DNA of 63,263 bases from an uncultured Gammaproteobacteria bacterium (GCA_964513275.1 CAZELN010000001.1:406-63668), one strand, 5' to 3'; counted from the stretch's first letter, positions 39,148 through 49,258 are shown. Notes: generated from the sequence alone by a model not told the origin. Numbers and translations: made by a program.

Positions 39148-39553
39148 AGCGTTTTTTTAATCGTTCAAGCAAATCCTCCACATCAGGAAGAAACCGTATG
39201 GCTTGTTGGTAGACGTTTTTAGCTTTTTCTTTGTCGTAGGCGTGAGACGTCTCGTTTCGTGCGAGCAAGTACGCGAACCACCGTTCCGGATCTGAAATGA
39301 GTCCAGCTTCCATTGCGCGACGAAAAAGATCTTTTTTTGAAAAGAGGTCGTCGACTTCCGAACGTCCAGCTTCTATCTCGATAGACCGTTTCATCATTTT
39401 ACAAGCCATTTCAAAGGTGTATTCGAAACGTTGGATCACCGCATCACGATGGAGAGTGACAAAGAGAAGAGATGTTTCTGGAATTTTTGCATCAACAGCT
39501 TCACGTAAAGATGCTACGGCTTCTTCAAAAGAAGTAAGAATAAGGCGTTTCAT
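39140..39553 (-). CDS. HEPN-domain toxin (HI0074-like nucleotidyltransferase substrate-binding protein)
   Basis: RDAVIQRFEYTFEMACKMMKR...RNETSHAY (the RxxxxH motif). Start trimmed to ATG 39553. Confidence 0.8.
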   Translation of the reverse strand: MKRLILTSFEEAVASLREAVDAKIPETSLLFVTLHRDAVIQRFEYTFEMACKMMKRSIEIEAGRSEVDDLFSKKDLFRRAMEAGLISDPERWFAYLLARNETSHAYDKEKAKNVYQQAIRFLPDVEDLLERLKKRYE

Positions 39554-39691
39554 ATGGTCACAAGTTACCTTGTCGTCCATGCTTTGGCAACGATTCGTTT
39601 GTACACCGCTCATCCCCAGGATGTGCGATGACATGTTTTCGGCGTTTTGCTATCCTCGAGCGAGTGTACGAAGTAGTGAGCTTGTCGAACT

Positions 39692-40741
39692 ATGAAAAAG
39701 ACCGTTGAGTCTGTCACCCAAGGCCACCCGGATAAAGTCTGCGATCAGATCGCGGACGCCATTGTTGATGAGTATCTCAAGCGCGACAAGCAAGCGCGTG
39801 TGGATATGAATGTTCTGGGAAGCCACGGCATGATGATGATCGGCGGGGAAGTGACGTCGACGGCGGATTTTGATGTGGGAGCACTTGCCAAACAGGTGTA
39901 CTCAGAGATTGGCTACAAAGATGACATCGAGGTCTTCGTGAACATCGATTCTCAGTCGACTGAAATGAAACGCGTGCGTAATGGGGTCACGGACAACGTT
40001 GTTGTTAACGGCTTTGCGACCACTGAGACACGTGAGCTTCTCCCACGTGCGGTGGTTTATGCCCACAATCTCGCTCGACGCCTGGATGACTTGCGCAAAA
40101 CCGATCCAGCGTTCTCCTGGCTCAAACCCGACGGGAAGATCCAGCTCACCATGGATGGCGATCGTGTGTGTGGTGTGACGGTTTTGGCGTCTCACCAGGT
40201 GAGCATTGACGAGAAAGACGTAAAGACCGCCCTTTTGGAGCGTTTGCTTGTTCCGATTCTTGGTGAGGATGGCGTGGCCATGTACATCAATCCGATCGGG
40301 ACGTTTATTGACGCGGGATTTAAAGCGGACTCTGGAGCGAGCGGACGTAAAATGACGGTAGACACGTATGGTGGGCTTATTCCACAAGGAGACAAATCCA
40401 TCTCAGGTAAAGATCCGTCACGGGTCGATCGTGCAGGTGCGTACATGGCGCGATTTGTGGCGCGTTATCTTGTTGAGCAAGGTTTAGCGAATTCAGCGAT
40501 GGTGAATCTCGTTTACTCGATGGGACGAGCGGAGCCGGTGCAGATTCAAGCCACAGGGATGGGAGAGAAGTCGCGCGGTGTCAAGATGGACTTAACCGAG
40601 CTTTTAAAAAAGACGTTCGATTTTCGTCCAGAGGCGATCGCTGAGCGGCTGAACTTGTTCCAGCCTGTCTATCGCGCCACAGCCACGTACGGGCATTTTG
40701 GAAGGTCGGGTTTTCCGTGGGAAGAAACGGCTGTGGTATAG
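39692..40741 (+). CDS. metK: S-adenosylmethionine synthetase (short form)
   Basis: ESVTQGHPDKVCDQIADAIVD..., KADSGASGRKMTVDTYGG, GKDPSRVDRAGAYMAR. Confidence 0.9.
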   Translation: MKKTVESVTQGHPDKVCDQIADAIVDEYLKRDKQARVDMNVLGSHGMMMIGGEVTSTADFDVGALAKQVYSEIGYKDDIEVFVNIDSQSTEMKRVRNGVTDNVVVNGFATTETRELLPRAVVYAHNLARRLDDLRKTDPAFSWLKPDGKIQLTMDGDRVCGVTVLASHQVSIDEKDVKTALLERLLVPILGEDGVAMYINPIGTFIDAGFKADSGASGRKMTVDTYGGLIPQGDKSISGKDPSRVDRAGAYMARFVARYLVEQGLANSAMVNLVYSMGRAEPVQIQATGMGEKSRGVKMDLTELLKKTFDFRPEAIAERLNLFQPVYRATATYGHFGRSGFPWEETAVV

Positions 40742-40744
40742 TGG

Positions 40745-41212
40745 GTGCGTATGCGCGCCTCATCGAAAAAAGAGTCGAGCCGTTCAATCGCGATCGTGGT
40801 CGCGATTGTTTTGATCGCCAGCGCGATGCTCGTCCTGCGTCCAAACCCAGAGCAGGTGGTTGCGGTGTCGTCCGATCGTCTTTTGCGTGTGGAAGGGGTC
40901 ACACGGTCGTCCGGGAGCGTGCTGATCGAGCGTCTCGATGAAATTGAAACATCGATTCCAAACCTCTTCAGTCCGGTGTACGAAGTTTCTCTCACCAGTT
41001 CTGGTACTCTTGAAGAGGCGGAATTCAGATTTTTTTTCTCGGCGCTCTCATCGGATCTGGCGATTCAAGATGTGACGGTCTATCAATTCAACCGAGAACG
41101 TCTTTCTTGGGAAGCGGTGCCTACCTTTTTTGATTTGAGCACTCATACGCTCACCTGCGAGCTAGACTTTTCCGAGTCTGTTCTGGTGGGACTTGGAGCG
41201 CGTGTGCTATAA
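40745..41212 (+). CDS. hypothetical membrane-anchored protein
   Basis: GTG start, one N-terminal TM. Confidence 0.45.
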   Translation: MRMRASSKKESSRSIAIVVAIVLIASAMLVLRPNPEQVVAVSSDRLLRVEGVTRSSGSVLIERLDEIETSIPNLFSPVYEVSLTSSGTLEEAEFRFFFSALSSDLAIQDVTVYQFNRERLSWEAVPTFFDLSTHTLTCELDFSESVLVGLGARVL

Positions 41213-41244
41213 TCTGTGTAACATTTTTAACGCTCATTTGTCCT

Positions 41245-41646
41245 ATGCCGGCAAAAACAAAAAAAGCCTCTGCCTCACCCACTCCCACCAAGAAGGCGGT
41301 GGCTAAAAAGGCTCCTGCCAAAAAGCGAACGATAAAAAAACCTACCGTTTCTGTGAAGGTTGAGGAGCAGGTTGTTCCGGTGCTCACCGTTGTCGAAAAA
41401 GAGGCACATACCGCGCATGGTCCTGTTGAAGTCCATCACAAATATATCTTCATCGGTACCTGTCGCAATTGTGAGCATATGCCCATGAGTGTGAATAGTC
41501 TGGTGGCTGCGCTTTCTGTGACGATTGTCATTCTGTCGGGATTGTTAATTTCAACGTCACTTCCGTCCAACTTTAGGATTCCGTCCATCTCTATGAGCGG
41601 TCTGATGGATTGGGTGATCCCTTCATCCAACGTGAGAAGTTTATGA
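41245..41646 (+). CDS. hypothetical protein, Lys/Ala-rich N-terminus plus C-terminal TM
   Basis: ORF with a histone-like KKA repeat region. No family recognised. Confidence 0.45.
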   Translation: MPAKTKKASASPTPTKKAVAKKAPAKKRTIKKPTVSVKVEEQVVPVLTVVEKEAHTAHGPVEVHHKYIFIGTCRNCEHMPMSVNSLVAALSVTIVILSGLLISTSLPSNFRIPSISMSGLMDWVIPSSNVRSL

Positions 41647-42242
41647 AAGAGTTTGGTCTTGTCTTCTTGAGTATGTTATTGCTTGCGGGAGCTGGGTGTA
41701 CGTCACAGAGCCAGGAGGAATCTTCACTGACATTTAACTACGACAATTCTGTGCAAGAAGAAACGATAACCTGGGAGTTTCCAGGCGAGATGGAGTCGGA
41801 GGAAATTGGAGGTAAACAGGTACGAATTTCAACGGAAAAAGGGGACATCGTTTTTGAGCTGTTTGCAAATACCGCTCCTGCGACCGTTTCCAATTTTGTG
41901 TATTTGACCCAAGGTGGGTATTACGATGGATTGACATTTCATCGTCGCGAAGAAGGTTTTGTGATTCAGGGCGGCGATCCAAACGGGAATGGCACCGGCG
42001 GGCCAGGGTATGACTTTGCCGATGAACTGGATGACGACTACACGTACGAGCGTGGCATCGTCGCGATGGCCAACCGTGGTCCAGACACAAACGGGAGTCA
42101 ATTTTTTATCATGCTTGCGGATGTTCCGCTGCCCAAGTCCTATTCCATTTTTGGACGAGTCGTTGAAGGAATGGAAGTGGTCGATGAAATCGCGATCGGG
42201 GATATGATGACGCGTGTGACCGTTGAAGATCAAGTCCAATAA
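41643..42242 (+). CDS. peptidyl-prolyl cis-trans isomerase, cyclophilin type, probable lipoprotein
   Basis: Signal sequence with lipobox LLAGAGC. FHRREEGFVIQGGDP, GIVAMANRGPDTNGSQFFI. Confidence 0.9.
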   Translation: MKEFGLVFLSMLLLAGAGCTSQSQEESSLTFNYDNSVQEETITWEFPGEMESEEIGGKQVRISTEKGDIVFELFANTAPATVSNFVYLTQGGYYDGLTFHRREEGFVIQGGDPNGNGTGGPGYDFADELDDDYTYERGIVAMANRGPDTNGSQFFIMLADVPLPKSYSIFGRVVEGMEVVDEIAIGDMMTRVTVEDQVQ

Positions 42243-42253
42243 GGTGTTCAGAA

Positions 42254-42288
42254 AACGCCGGCTCGAGATTCTCGCTCCGGCGTTTTTG
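42254..42288 (+). terminator. intrinsic terminator
   Basis: AACGCCGG...CCGGCGTT 8-bp stem followed by TTT. Confidence 0.6.
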
Positions 42289-42332
42289 ATTTGTCCGACA
42301 AGGGAATATTTTCTGGTATACTGGTGATATCT

Positions 42333-43733
42333 ATGCAAGGCACGATCACAGAAAAAACGTTTTACCAATATCTCAAGTGTCCAAACTGGATCTATTTTGA
42401 TTCGCATGCCAACGAAACGCGGCCACATGAGCTTCTCATGGCCAGGCTTCAGAATGATGGGTTGATTGAGGAAAAAGAACGTGAACTGCTTTCTGATCGT
42501 CAAGATCTTGTGGAGGTGAGCGCTGAGGATTCTGACGAAGCCTACAGGCAAACACTCACCTTCATGCGTGAAGGTCGACAGACGATTTACCATGCGGTCC
42601 TCGTCGACGCTCATTGGGTTGGGCATCCGGATCTTCTCGAGAAAGTTGAAGGCCGTTCTCGGTTGGGGGATTACTATTACGTTGCCTCAGACATGAAGCG
42701 ATCTCGATTCATTCGCGACGATTATAAATTTCAAGGGTGCTTTTATGCCGAGCTTCTTGAAAAAGTTCAAGGAGTAAAGCCTGTGCAGGGATACATCGTC
42801 ACGCCGGACAAGGAAGTATTAGCGTATCTCATTGAAGAATTTGAGGCTCAATACGAGCTCACGCTTACGGAGATTGAAAAGATTATCGCGGGAAAACGCC
42901 CCGCGCATTTTGTGACGAGCGGATGCAAGCAATCTCCCTGGTATAAAGAATGTCGGAGCGAATCAGAGCGTTGTGATGACTTGTCGCTGTTGAACCGTGT
43001 GTGGCGTGAGGAAGTCCATACGCTTGAAAAGGCAGGGATTGATACGTTGAGTGAACTCGCGCTCAAGTCGGTTCCTGAACTTGAACATCTTGCCCCGACC
43101 GTCAGTTCCCATCGCCTCGAGACGATGCGCGACCAAGCGATCGCCATTAAGGAAGATCGACATCTGATTCGTGGAACCGTAAAACTTTCGGAAGCGAATG
43201 TCGAATTGTTTTTTGACATTGAGAGCGATCCATTGCGAGACTTTGATTATTTGTTTGGTGTCTTGAAAGTCACGTCTGCGGGGGAAGAATACATTTCGTT
43301 TTTTGCGGAGTCTCCCGAGCAGGAGGGGGCGATGTGGGCTGAGTTCGTCCATTTCATCGAGCGCCACATTGACGCACCGATCTATCATTATGGATGGTTT
43401 GAGGAAGAGGTTGTGCGACGGTTCAGCGCGAAATACGGGATTGGCGAGATCGCTCGGGAGGCGTTGGAGCGAAACATGGTCGACCTCTTATCCACGCTTC
43501 GTCCCGCGGTCATTTTTCCGCTCTCGTTTTACTCGCTCAAAGATATTGGCGAGTACATTGGATTTGCGTGGCGATCAGTGGATGCTTCTGGAGCGAATTC
43601 CGTGATGTGGTTTGAAGAATGGCTTACGAAGAAGTCACCTAAGCTGTTGCAAAAGATTCTCGAGTACAACGAGGATGATGTCCGGGCTACCTACAAGCTT
43701 CAACGTTGGATCCGTGAACACGCGGTGTTATGA
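42333..43733 (+). CDS. TM0106-family RecB-like putative nuclease
   Basis: ITEKTFYQYLKCPNWIYF N-terminus, PD-(D/E)xK-like core, C-terminal FFDIESDP...YLFGV RNase H-like part. Confidence 0.6.
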   Translation: MQGTITEKTFYQYLKCPNWIYFDSHANETRPHELLMARLQNDGLIEEKERELLSDRQDLVEVSAEDSDEAYRQTLTFMREGRQTIYHAVLVDAHWVGHPDLLEKVEGRSRLGDYYYVASDMKRSRFIRDDYKFQGCFYAELLEKVQGVKPVQGYIVTPDKEVLAYLIEEFEAQYELTLTEIEKIIAGKRPAHFVTSGCKQSPWYKECRSESERCDDLSLLNRVWREEVHTLEKAGIDTLSELALKSVPELEHLAPTVSSHRLETMRDQAIAIKEDRHLIRGTVKLSEANVELFFDIESDPLRDFDYLFGVLKVTSAGEEYISFFAESPEQEGAMWAEFVHFIERHIDAPIYHYGWFEEEVVRRFSAKYGIGEIAREALERNMVDLLSTLRPAVIFPLSFYSLKDIGEYIGFAWRSVDASGANSVMWFEEWLTKKSPKLLQKILEYNEDDVRATYKLQRWIREHAVL

Positions 43734-44074
43734 AAAAGGGAATCATCCTATTGATCGTTGTTGTGTTCGTTGTTCTCGCGGGATTACTTATCCTTGTCAT
43801 CTCGAGCGAGCAACGCGAGTCGAGAGATCTTGAGGTTCGAGATCCCTCCACTCAGCCGTCGGACGGCCTCGGTCGGGATGACAGAGACTTGAATGAGACG
43901 TCTTGTCTTGATTCTGGCGGCACATGGAACCCTTGCGGCTCGGCGTGCCGCACAGATCCCGACGCGATCTGCATTGAGTTGTGCGTTGAGTATTGTGAGT
44001 GCGAACGCAGCGACCAGTGTCCGTCAGGATTTGTCTGCGGGGACGTTGTCGATGGAGTCGGTGTGTGTTTGTAA
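43730..44074 (+). CDS. small secreted Cys-rich protein
   Basis: N-terminal TM/signal and 10 Cys in the C-terminal half. Confidence 0.5.
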   Translation: MKKGIILLIVVVFVVLAGLLILVISSEQRESRDLEVRDPSTQPSDGLGRDDRDLNETSCLDSGGTWNPCGSACRTDPDAICIELCVEYCECERSDQCPSGFVCGDVVDGVGVCL

Positions 44075-44991
44075 TGCGTATGCGACGGTTGTTTACATTC
44101 ACGATTTTCTTGATCGCGCTGGGCGCTGGGCTCTACACCCAGCGAGTGGCGGTGTTGGAATGGTATCGCGGTGTGATGGCACCCGAGTTACCGGAAGCGG
44201 TTGGGTTTGAGGAGATTACACAAACCAGTGTCATCCCGAGCGAAGCGAGGGATCTCGAGGGTGAGGAAATCGATAGACAAGGAGATCCTTCGGTCGACGA
44301 AGAACTCCCTCAGGATGACAACAATACGGAGGAAGACTCCAATGAGACAGCTGAAGGTCCCATTGTTGAAGAGCCTATAAATGGTTCAGACGATACGGAG
44401 GAAGACGCTGCCCTTCCTGCCTCCAAGAATCTCGCGGTTCCGTTCACCTCGCAGGCTCCACATGGAAATTGGGACGAGCCCTATCAAGAGGCATGTGAGG
44501 AAGCAAGTGTGTACATGGTGCATGCCTATTTTTCGGGAATGGATGAAGGACAAATTCCTGCGTCGACGGCGGATGAAGCGCTCTTGCAGATCGTGGCGTT
44601 TGAAATGGAACTATTCGGTTTCTATCAAGACACAACCGTGGAGAAAACAGGCGTGTTTGCCGAGCTATTGTATGGTCACACCTACCAGGTTCTTACGGAT
44701 CCTACCGTGGAAGATATCCAACGCAAGCTGGTGCAAGGTCATCCGGTCATCGTTCCGGCGGCCGGACGACTCCTTGGAAATCCCTACTTTACAGCTCCAG
44801 GTCCGCTTTACCATATGTTAGTGATTCGTGGCTACACGCAAGACGGTCAGTTCATTGTGAACGATCCTGGCACGTATCGTGGCGAAGCGTATCTTTACGA
44901 TTTTGACACGATCATGAACGCGATGCACGATTGGAATGAAGGAGGAGAAATCACAGAAGGAAGAAAAGTTGTTCTTGTGTTAAGTCCATAG
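44074..44991 (+). CDS. C39-like peptidase domain protein
   Basis: LAVPFTSQAPHGNWDEPYQEACEEASVYMVHAY...HMLVIRGY. TAATG overlap with the upstream gene. Confidence 0.65.
   Translation: MRMRRLFTFTIFLIALGAGLYTQRVAVLEWYRGVMAPELPEAVGFEEITQTSVIPSEARDLEGEEIDRQGDPSVDEELPQDDNNTEEDSNETAEGPIVEEPINGSDDTEEDAALPASKNLAVPFTSQAPHGNWDEPYQEACEEASVYMVHAYFSGMDEGQIPASTADEALLQIVAFEMELFGFYQDTTVEKTGVFAELLYGHTYQVLTDPTVEDIQRKLVQGHPVIVPAAGRLLGNPYFTAPGPLYHMLVIRGYTQDGQFIVNDPGTYRGEAYLYDFDTIMNAMHDWNEGGEITEGRKVVLVLSP
44230..44258 (+). repeat. GTCATCCCGAGCGA...GAGGGATCTCGA repeat, in frame (VIPSEARDLE)
   Basis: Same terminal blocks as 19045-19082. Confidence 0.7.
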
Positions 44992-44994
44992 TCT

Positions 44995-45477
44995 ATGTCG
45001 ATGGATTATTTACTCGGTGGAGCGCTCGGGGGATTGATTGCCTTTGTGTTTGCTATTCCGGCGATTCTTCTAGAGGTCACGCAAAAAGGAGAAGTGAAGG
45101 AAGCGCCGCTGTTGATCGACGTAAAATCGATTTTCGGTCTTAAGATTCGTCACAAGCACGAGGTTTTTTTCATCGGATTGCTCCTGCATATTGTGATCGG
45201 GTTTCTTTTTGGACTCATCTATGTGGTGTTTGTTGAACAAGGATGGCTGTTCGTGACGCGTGCACCGTACACGTTTCTGTCGCTCTTGGTGTATGCCGTT
45301 TTGAGTTGGGTTGTTGCGAATATGGTTGTGTATCCAGCCCTTGGGTTTGGATGGTTTGGTCTCAAAGAGGGGAGACATGTTTGGATGGAGACGATCGTGT
45401 CGCATGTGATTTTGGGTATCTCACTCTGGCTTCTTGTCCAGTATTTCCAACCGCAATTTTTCAACCCACCGACTTAA
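44995..45477 (+). CDS. hypothetical integral membrane protein (4 TM)
   Basis: Hydrophobic 160-aa ORF. Confidence 0.55.
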   Translation: MSMDYLLGGALGGLIAFVFAIPAILLEVTQKGEVKEAPLLIDVKSIFGLKIRHKHEVFFIGLLLHIVIGFLFGLIYVVFVEQGWLFVTRAPYTFLSLLVYAVLSWVVANMVVYPALGFGWFGLKEGRHVWMETIVSHVILGISLWLLVQYFQPQFFNPPT

Positions 45478-45479
45478 GT

Positions 45480-46718
45480 ATGTCTACCCAAGCCCTCTCC
45501 GTTGCCGAGTATCTCAAGCTCGTCAATGACACATTACGATCATTGCCATCCGATCAGGTGGTGATAGAAGGGGAGGTTTCGGATTTTCGTGTGGCCCAGG
45601 GAAAGTGGATCAGTTTTGATTTAAAAGACGAGACAGCACAGGCGGTGCTCAAATGTTTCATGACCACGTGGCAACTGAAGGTCGCTATTGAAGATGGAAT
45701 GCGCGTGCAAGTGAAGGGACATCCAAACGTGTACGAACGATTCGGAACGTTCAAGCTCAATGTGGAAGCGCTCGAGCCGGTCGGGGAAGGAGCGTTGCGA
45801 CGGGCATACGAACTATTGAAACGAAAGCTGGAGGATGAGGGATTCTTTGATATAAGTCGTAAACGAGAGCTGTCACGCTTTCCGCAACGGATTGGACTCA
45901 TCACCTCACGCGATGCGGCTGCGTACGGCGACTTCCTGCGGATCCTGAATAACCGTTGGGGTGGCGTGAAGATCCTTCATGCGCATGTGCATGTGCAGGG
46001 GAAAGAGGCAGTCGGGGAGATCGTGGGCGCGTTTGAGTATTTCAATAGACTTGATGATCGACCTGACGTCCTGGTGCTTACGCGGGGTGGTGGGGGGCTT
46101 GAAGATTTGCATGCGTTTAACGATGAGCAAGTTGCTCGCGCGATTTATGCGTCGAAGATTCCCGTGGTGGTGGCTGTAGGGCATGAGCGGGATGAGTCCT
46201 TAGCAGATTTTGTCGCCGATGTACGAGCGTCCACGCCTTCAAACGCGGCCGAGCGCATTGTGCCATCTCGAAGCGACGTCTCCTACGAGCTTGAAACCTT
46301 GACCAGTCACATGGAGTCGCGGCTCAGTCACACGATCCAGGATCGCTCATTTGTGCTTGAACGCGCAACGAATCTTATTGGCTTCATCCTTGAGCGCCAG
46401 AAGGAACGCTTATCACGAGCCAAGGAAGGACTTCTGCTTCTGGTGAACAGCTGGCTGCCACGTCTGCGGGAAGGACTTGAGTCCTCAACTCGAGTTTTGC
46501 GCCAAGTCGATCCCAAGCGAGTGCTTGCTCACGGATACAGCCTTGTGACCATTGGTGGGCATGCAGTACGCGATGCATCGACCCTTGAAGTGGGGGGCGA
46601 AATCACGGTACAATTCGCCGCGGGTTGCGCCGATGCGCGAGTATCTCGTGTCAACAACAAAGGCCAGCAGAAACTCGTGCAGTTTGTTGGCCGGGGGCGT
46701 CGGATGACAATTTTGTGA
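45480..46718 (+). CDS. xseA: exodeoxyribonuclease VII large subunit
   Basis: LSVAEYLKLVNDTL...IEGEVSDF..., GLITSRDAAAYGDFL, LTRGGGGLEDL, GHERDESLADFVAD. xseB lies downstream. Confidence 0.92.
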   Translation: MSTQALSVAEYLKLVNDTLRSLPSDQVVIEGEVSDFRVAQGKWISFDLKDETAQAVLKCFMTTWQLKVAIEDGMRVQVKGHPNVYERFGTFKLNVEALEPVGEGALRRAYELLKRKLEDEGFFDISRKRELSRFPQRIGLITSRDAAAYGDFLRILNNRWGGVKILHAHVHVQGKEAVGEIVGAFEYFNRLDDRPDVLVLTRGGGGLEDLHAFNDEQVARAIYASKIPVVVAVGHERDESLADFVADVRASTPSNAAERIVPSRSDVSYELETLTSHMESRLSHTIQDRSFVLERATNLIGFILERQKERLSRAKEGLLLLVNSWLPRLREGLESSTRVLRQVDPKRVLAHGYSLVTIGGHAVRDASTLEVGGEITVQFAAGCADARVSRVNNKGQQKLVQFVGRGRRMTIL

Positions 46719-46770
46719 GCCTGCCGAACAAAATTCGTCGCCGACGACACGCCGGCCTGTAAGCGAATCT

Positions 46771-46980
46771 ATGACCACAAAGAAAAAGACGACCAATTTC
46801 ACCGAAAGTTTTCAGGAACTTGAAGAGATCACGCGTTGGTTTGATTCCCAGGAGCAACTTGACCTCGACGTCGGTCTCAAGAAATTTGAGCGCGGACTAG
46901 AACTCGCCCAGGAGCTCAAAAAGAAACTAGCTGAGGTCGAAAACAAAGTCGAAGAGATTAAGCAAAAATTTTCAGAATAG
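46771..46980 (+). CDS. xseB: exodeoxyribonuclease VII small subunit
   Basis: FTESFQELEEITRWFDSQEQLDLDVGLKKFERGLEL. Confidence 0.88.
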   Translation: MTTKKKTTNFTESFQELEEITRWFDSQEQLDLDVGLKKFERGLELAQELKKKLAEVENKVEEIKQKFSE

Positions 46981-46983
46981 TCT

Positions 46984-47337
46984 ATGGCCTATCTTCTTTT
47001 TCGGTGGGTGATCAATGCTGTGGCACTCCTCTTGGTTGCCAACATCGTCCCAGGGTTCGGCGTGGAGACGTTCTACACAGCCCTTATCGCCGCGCTTGTT
47101 TTGGGGCTTGTAAATGCACTCATCCGTCCGCTTCTTTTCATCCTCACTCTCCCGGTTACTATCCTGACACTCGGTCTCTTCACGTTCGTCCTCAATGCGT
47201 TCATGATTCTTCTGGTCTCCACCATCGTGAAAGGCTTTACGGTTGAAGGATTCGTTCCAGCGCTCTTAGCCGCGCTCCTGCTCTGGGTCATCTCGCTTGG
47301 AACCAGCTGGCTTATTAAACAATCAAAAGAATCCTAG
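46984..47337 (+). CDS. phage-holin-family-IV-like (YvlD/DUF360) membrane protein
   Basis: WVINAVALLLVANIVPGF...LVNALIRPLLFILTLPVTILTLGLF. Confidence 0.75.
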   Translation: MAYLLFRWVINAVALLLVANIVPGFGVETFYTALIAALVLGLVNALIRPLLFILTLPVTILTLGLFTFVLNAFMILLVSTIVKGFTVEGFVPALLAALLLWVISLGTSWLIKQSKES

Positions 47338-47359
47338 ACGCCACGAGGCGTCTTTTCAT

Positions 47360-48070
47360 ATGGATCACTCCAACTCGCTCACACCTACGACACTCATTAT
47401 CTCTGTTGGCGGCTCGCTCGTGGTACCAAATGGAGGAATCGATTATCAGTTTCTTAAAGACTTCAAAGCGCTCATTACCAAGCACCTCAAGAACGGGTGG
47501 CGGTTCGTGATCGTGGTGGGTGGGGGAGGAACGGCTAGGCAGTATCAGGAGGCGGCGCGCAAAGTAGGAAAACTCACACGAGATGACCTCGATTGGCTCG
47601 GAATTCATTCTACCCGTCTTAACGGTCATCTTATGCGCACGATATTGCGTGATGTTGCCCATCCGATCATGCTGAAAGATCCCACAGGACCGCTGCATCG
47701 TTGGACGAAGCCTGTGCTCGTTGCCGCTGGATGGAAGCCGGGCTGGTCGACCGACTATGTCGCAACCCGGTTGGCCAAGCGTCTCAAGAGTCATGTTGTC
47801 GTGAACCTCTCCAACATCGACTACGTGTACAACAAAGACCCAAACAAACATGCTGACGCCGAGGCGATTTGTGACATCACCTGGAAGGAATTTCGCAAGA
47901 TGGTGGGGAATGAGTGGGATCCTGGCATGAACGTCCCGTTTGATCCAGTGGCTTCCCGTCTCGCACATCATAGCGGCATCAAAGTGGCCATTCTCAATGG
48001 AACCAACATGAAAAATCTCGACGGCCTGCTTAAAGGGGAACGATTCACAGGAACAGTCATCAAAAGTTAG
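47360..48070 (+). CDS. pyrH: UMP kinase, archaeal-type
   Basis: LIISVGGSLVVP..., VVVGGGGTARQY. Amino-acid kinase fold of about 236 aa. Confidence 0.75.
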   Translation: MDHSNSLTPTTLIISVGGSLVVPNGGIDYQFLKDFKALITKHLKNGWRFVIVVGGGGTARQYQEAARKVGKLTRDDLDWLGIHSTRLNGHLMRTILRDVAHPIMLKDPTGPLHRWTKPVLVAAGWKPGWSTDYVATRLAKRLKSHVVVNLSNIDYVYNKDPNKHADAEAICDITWKEFRKMVGNEWDPGMNVPFDPVASRLAHHSGIKVAILNGTNMKNLDGLLKGERFTGTVIKS

Positions 48071-48097
48071 ATACTACAAGGTCAACTCGATTTCGAT

Positions 48098-48126
48098 TTG
48101 ACAGAAAAACTCAGAGTGGTTATTCT
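48098..48126 (+). promoter_or_regulatory. candidate sigma70 promoter of rplJL
   Basis: TTGACA, 17-nt spacer, TATTCT. Confidence 0.5.
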
Positions 48127-48287
48127 AAGGCTCGAACTGAAGATTTACCGTAGACAACGGGTTGCCCTTGTGGCATAAGTCCCGTCGAGGTGAACAACGA
48201 AAAAGTTTCACTTTTTCGACCTTGTTCTACGGCGTAAGTCCGTAGTTTATTTATTTAAAGGTCGAACCATTCACTAAACGCTCACCT
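48127..48287 (+). promoter_or_regulatory. structured rplJ (L10) leader with terminator-like attenuator
   Basis: Stems CGAAAAAGT/ACTTTTTCG (48198-48218) and CTACGG/CCGTAG (48227-48245) followed by TTTATTTATTT. The position is equivalent to known L10 leaders. Confidence 0.4.
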
Positions 48288-48806
48288 ATGCCAAAAACAC
48301 GTGCACAAAAAGGAGAGATCGTTGACGAGCTTGCCCAAAAGATTGGGAAGATGAAATCTGTTGTGTTCACGAGAATCTCGGGATACACCATGGATGACGC
48401 CAACAGTCTCCGTCAGAAAGGACGTGAAGTCGGTGTGGAAGTCATGATCGCCAAGAAGACGCTCCTCAACCGAGCCCTTCAGAGCAATGGCTTCACCATT
48501 GCGTCAGATGAGCTCGAAGGCAGCATCCTCACCACCATCGGTTTCGATGATGAGGTCGCGGCCGCCAAGCTCATGGCCGATTTTGCCAAGGAACGCGAGA
48601 CGATCCAAATCGTCGGCGGTATCCTGGAAGGGAAGTTTGTCGGCACGGACGCCATCAAACAGCTCGCCACACTCCCAAGCCGCGAGCAACTTCTTGCCAT
48701 GCTGGTTCGCTCTCTGGGCGCGCCCATCTCTGGATTCGTCAATGTCCTTGCTGGGAATCTCCGCTCATTGGTCTACGTTCTCAATGCTATTAAAGCCACG
48801 AAGTAA
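48288..48806 (+). CDS. rplJ: 50S ribosomal protein L10
   Basis: KGEIVDELAQKIGKMKSVVFTRISGYTMDDANSLRQK. Confidence 0.95.
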   Translation: MPKTRAQKGEIVDELAQKIGKMKSVVFTRISGYTMDDANSLRQKGREVGVEVMIAKKTLLNRALQSNGFTIASDELEGSILTTIGFDDEVAAAKLMADFAKERETIQIVGGILEGKFVGTDAIKQLATLPSREQLLAMLVRSLGAPISGFVNVLAGNLRSLVYVLNAIKATK

Positions 48807-48812
48807 ATTCTT

Positions 48813-49217
48813 ATGTCAGACGAAACAAAAACAGTAGAGGTTCCTGAGAAGTTTAAGAGCCTCGTCGCGTCGATCGAGTCCATGTCGGTTCTCGACCTCG
48901 CGGATCTCGTGAAAGTGCTCGAAGACAAGTTCGGTGTGAGCGCCGCCGCTCCAGCCATGATGATGGCCGCTGGCCCAGCCGCCGGAGCCGCCGTTGAGGA
49001 AGAGAAGACGTCTTTTGATGTCGAGCTCACCGCTGCTGGCGAGAATAAGATCAACGCCATCAAGGCGGTTCGAACCATCACCGGTCTTGGACTCAAGGAA
49101 GCGAAAGATCTCGTTGACGGTGCTCCAAGCATGGTCAAACAGGGAGTCGACAAGGCGACCTCTGAAGACATCAAGAAACAGCTCGAAGAAGCTGGCGCCA
49201 AGGTCACCATCAAGTAA
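48813..49217 (+). CDS. rplL: 50S ribosomal protein L7/L12
   Basis: Ala-rich hinge and [27 protein letters not shown]. Confidence 0.97.
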   Translation: MSDETKTVEVPEKFKSLVASIESMSVLDLADLVKVLEDKFGVSAAAPAMMMAAGPAAGAAVEEEKTSFDVELTAAGENKINAIKAVRTITGLGLKEAKDLVDGAPSMVKQGVDKATSEDIKKQLEEAGAKVTIK

Positions 49218-49225
49218 CCTAACAA

Positions 49226-49258
49226 AAAATCCCCTGAGTTTCTCAAGGGATTTTTGTT
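49226..49258. terminator. bidirectional intrinsic terminator
   Basis: AAAAAATCCCCTGAG-tttc-TCAAGGGATTTTTG lies between convergent genes. Confidence 0.7.
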
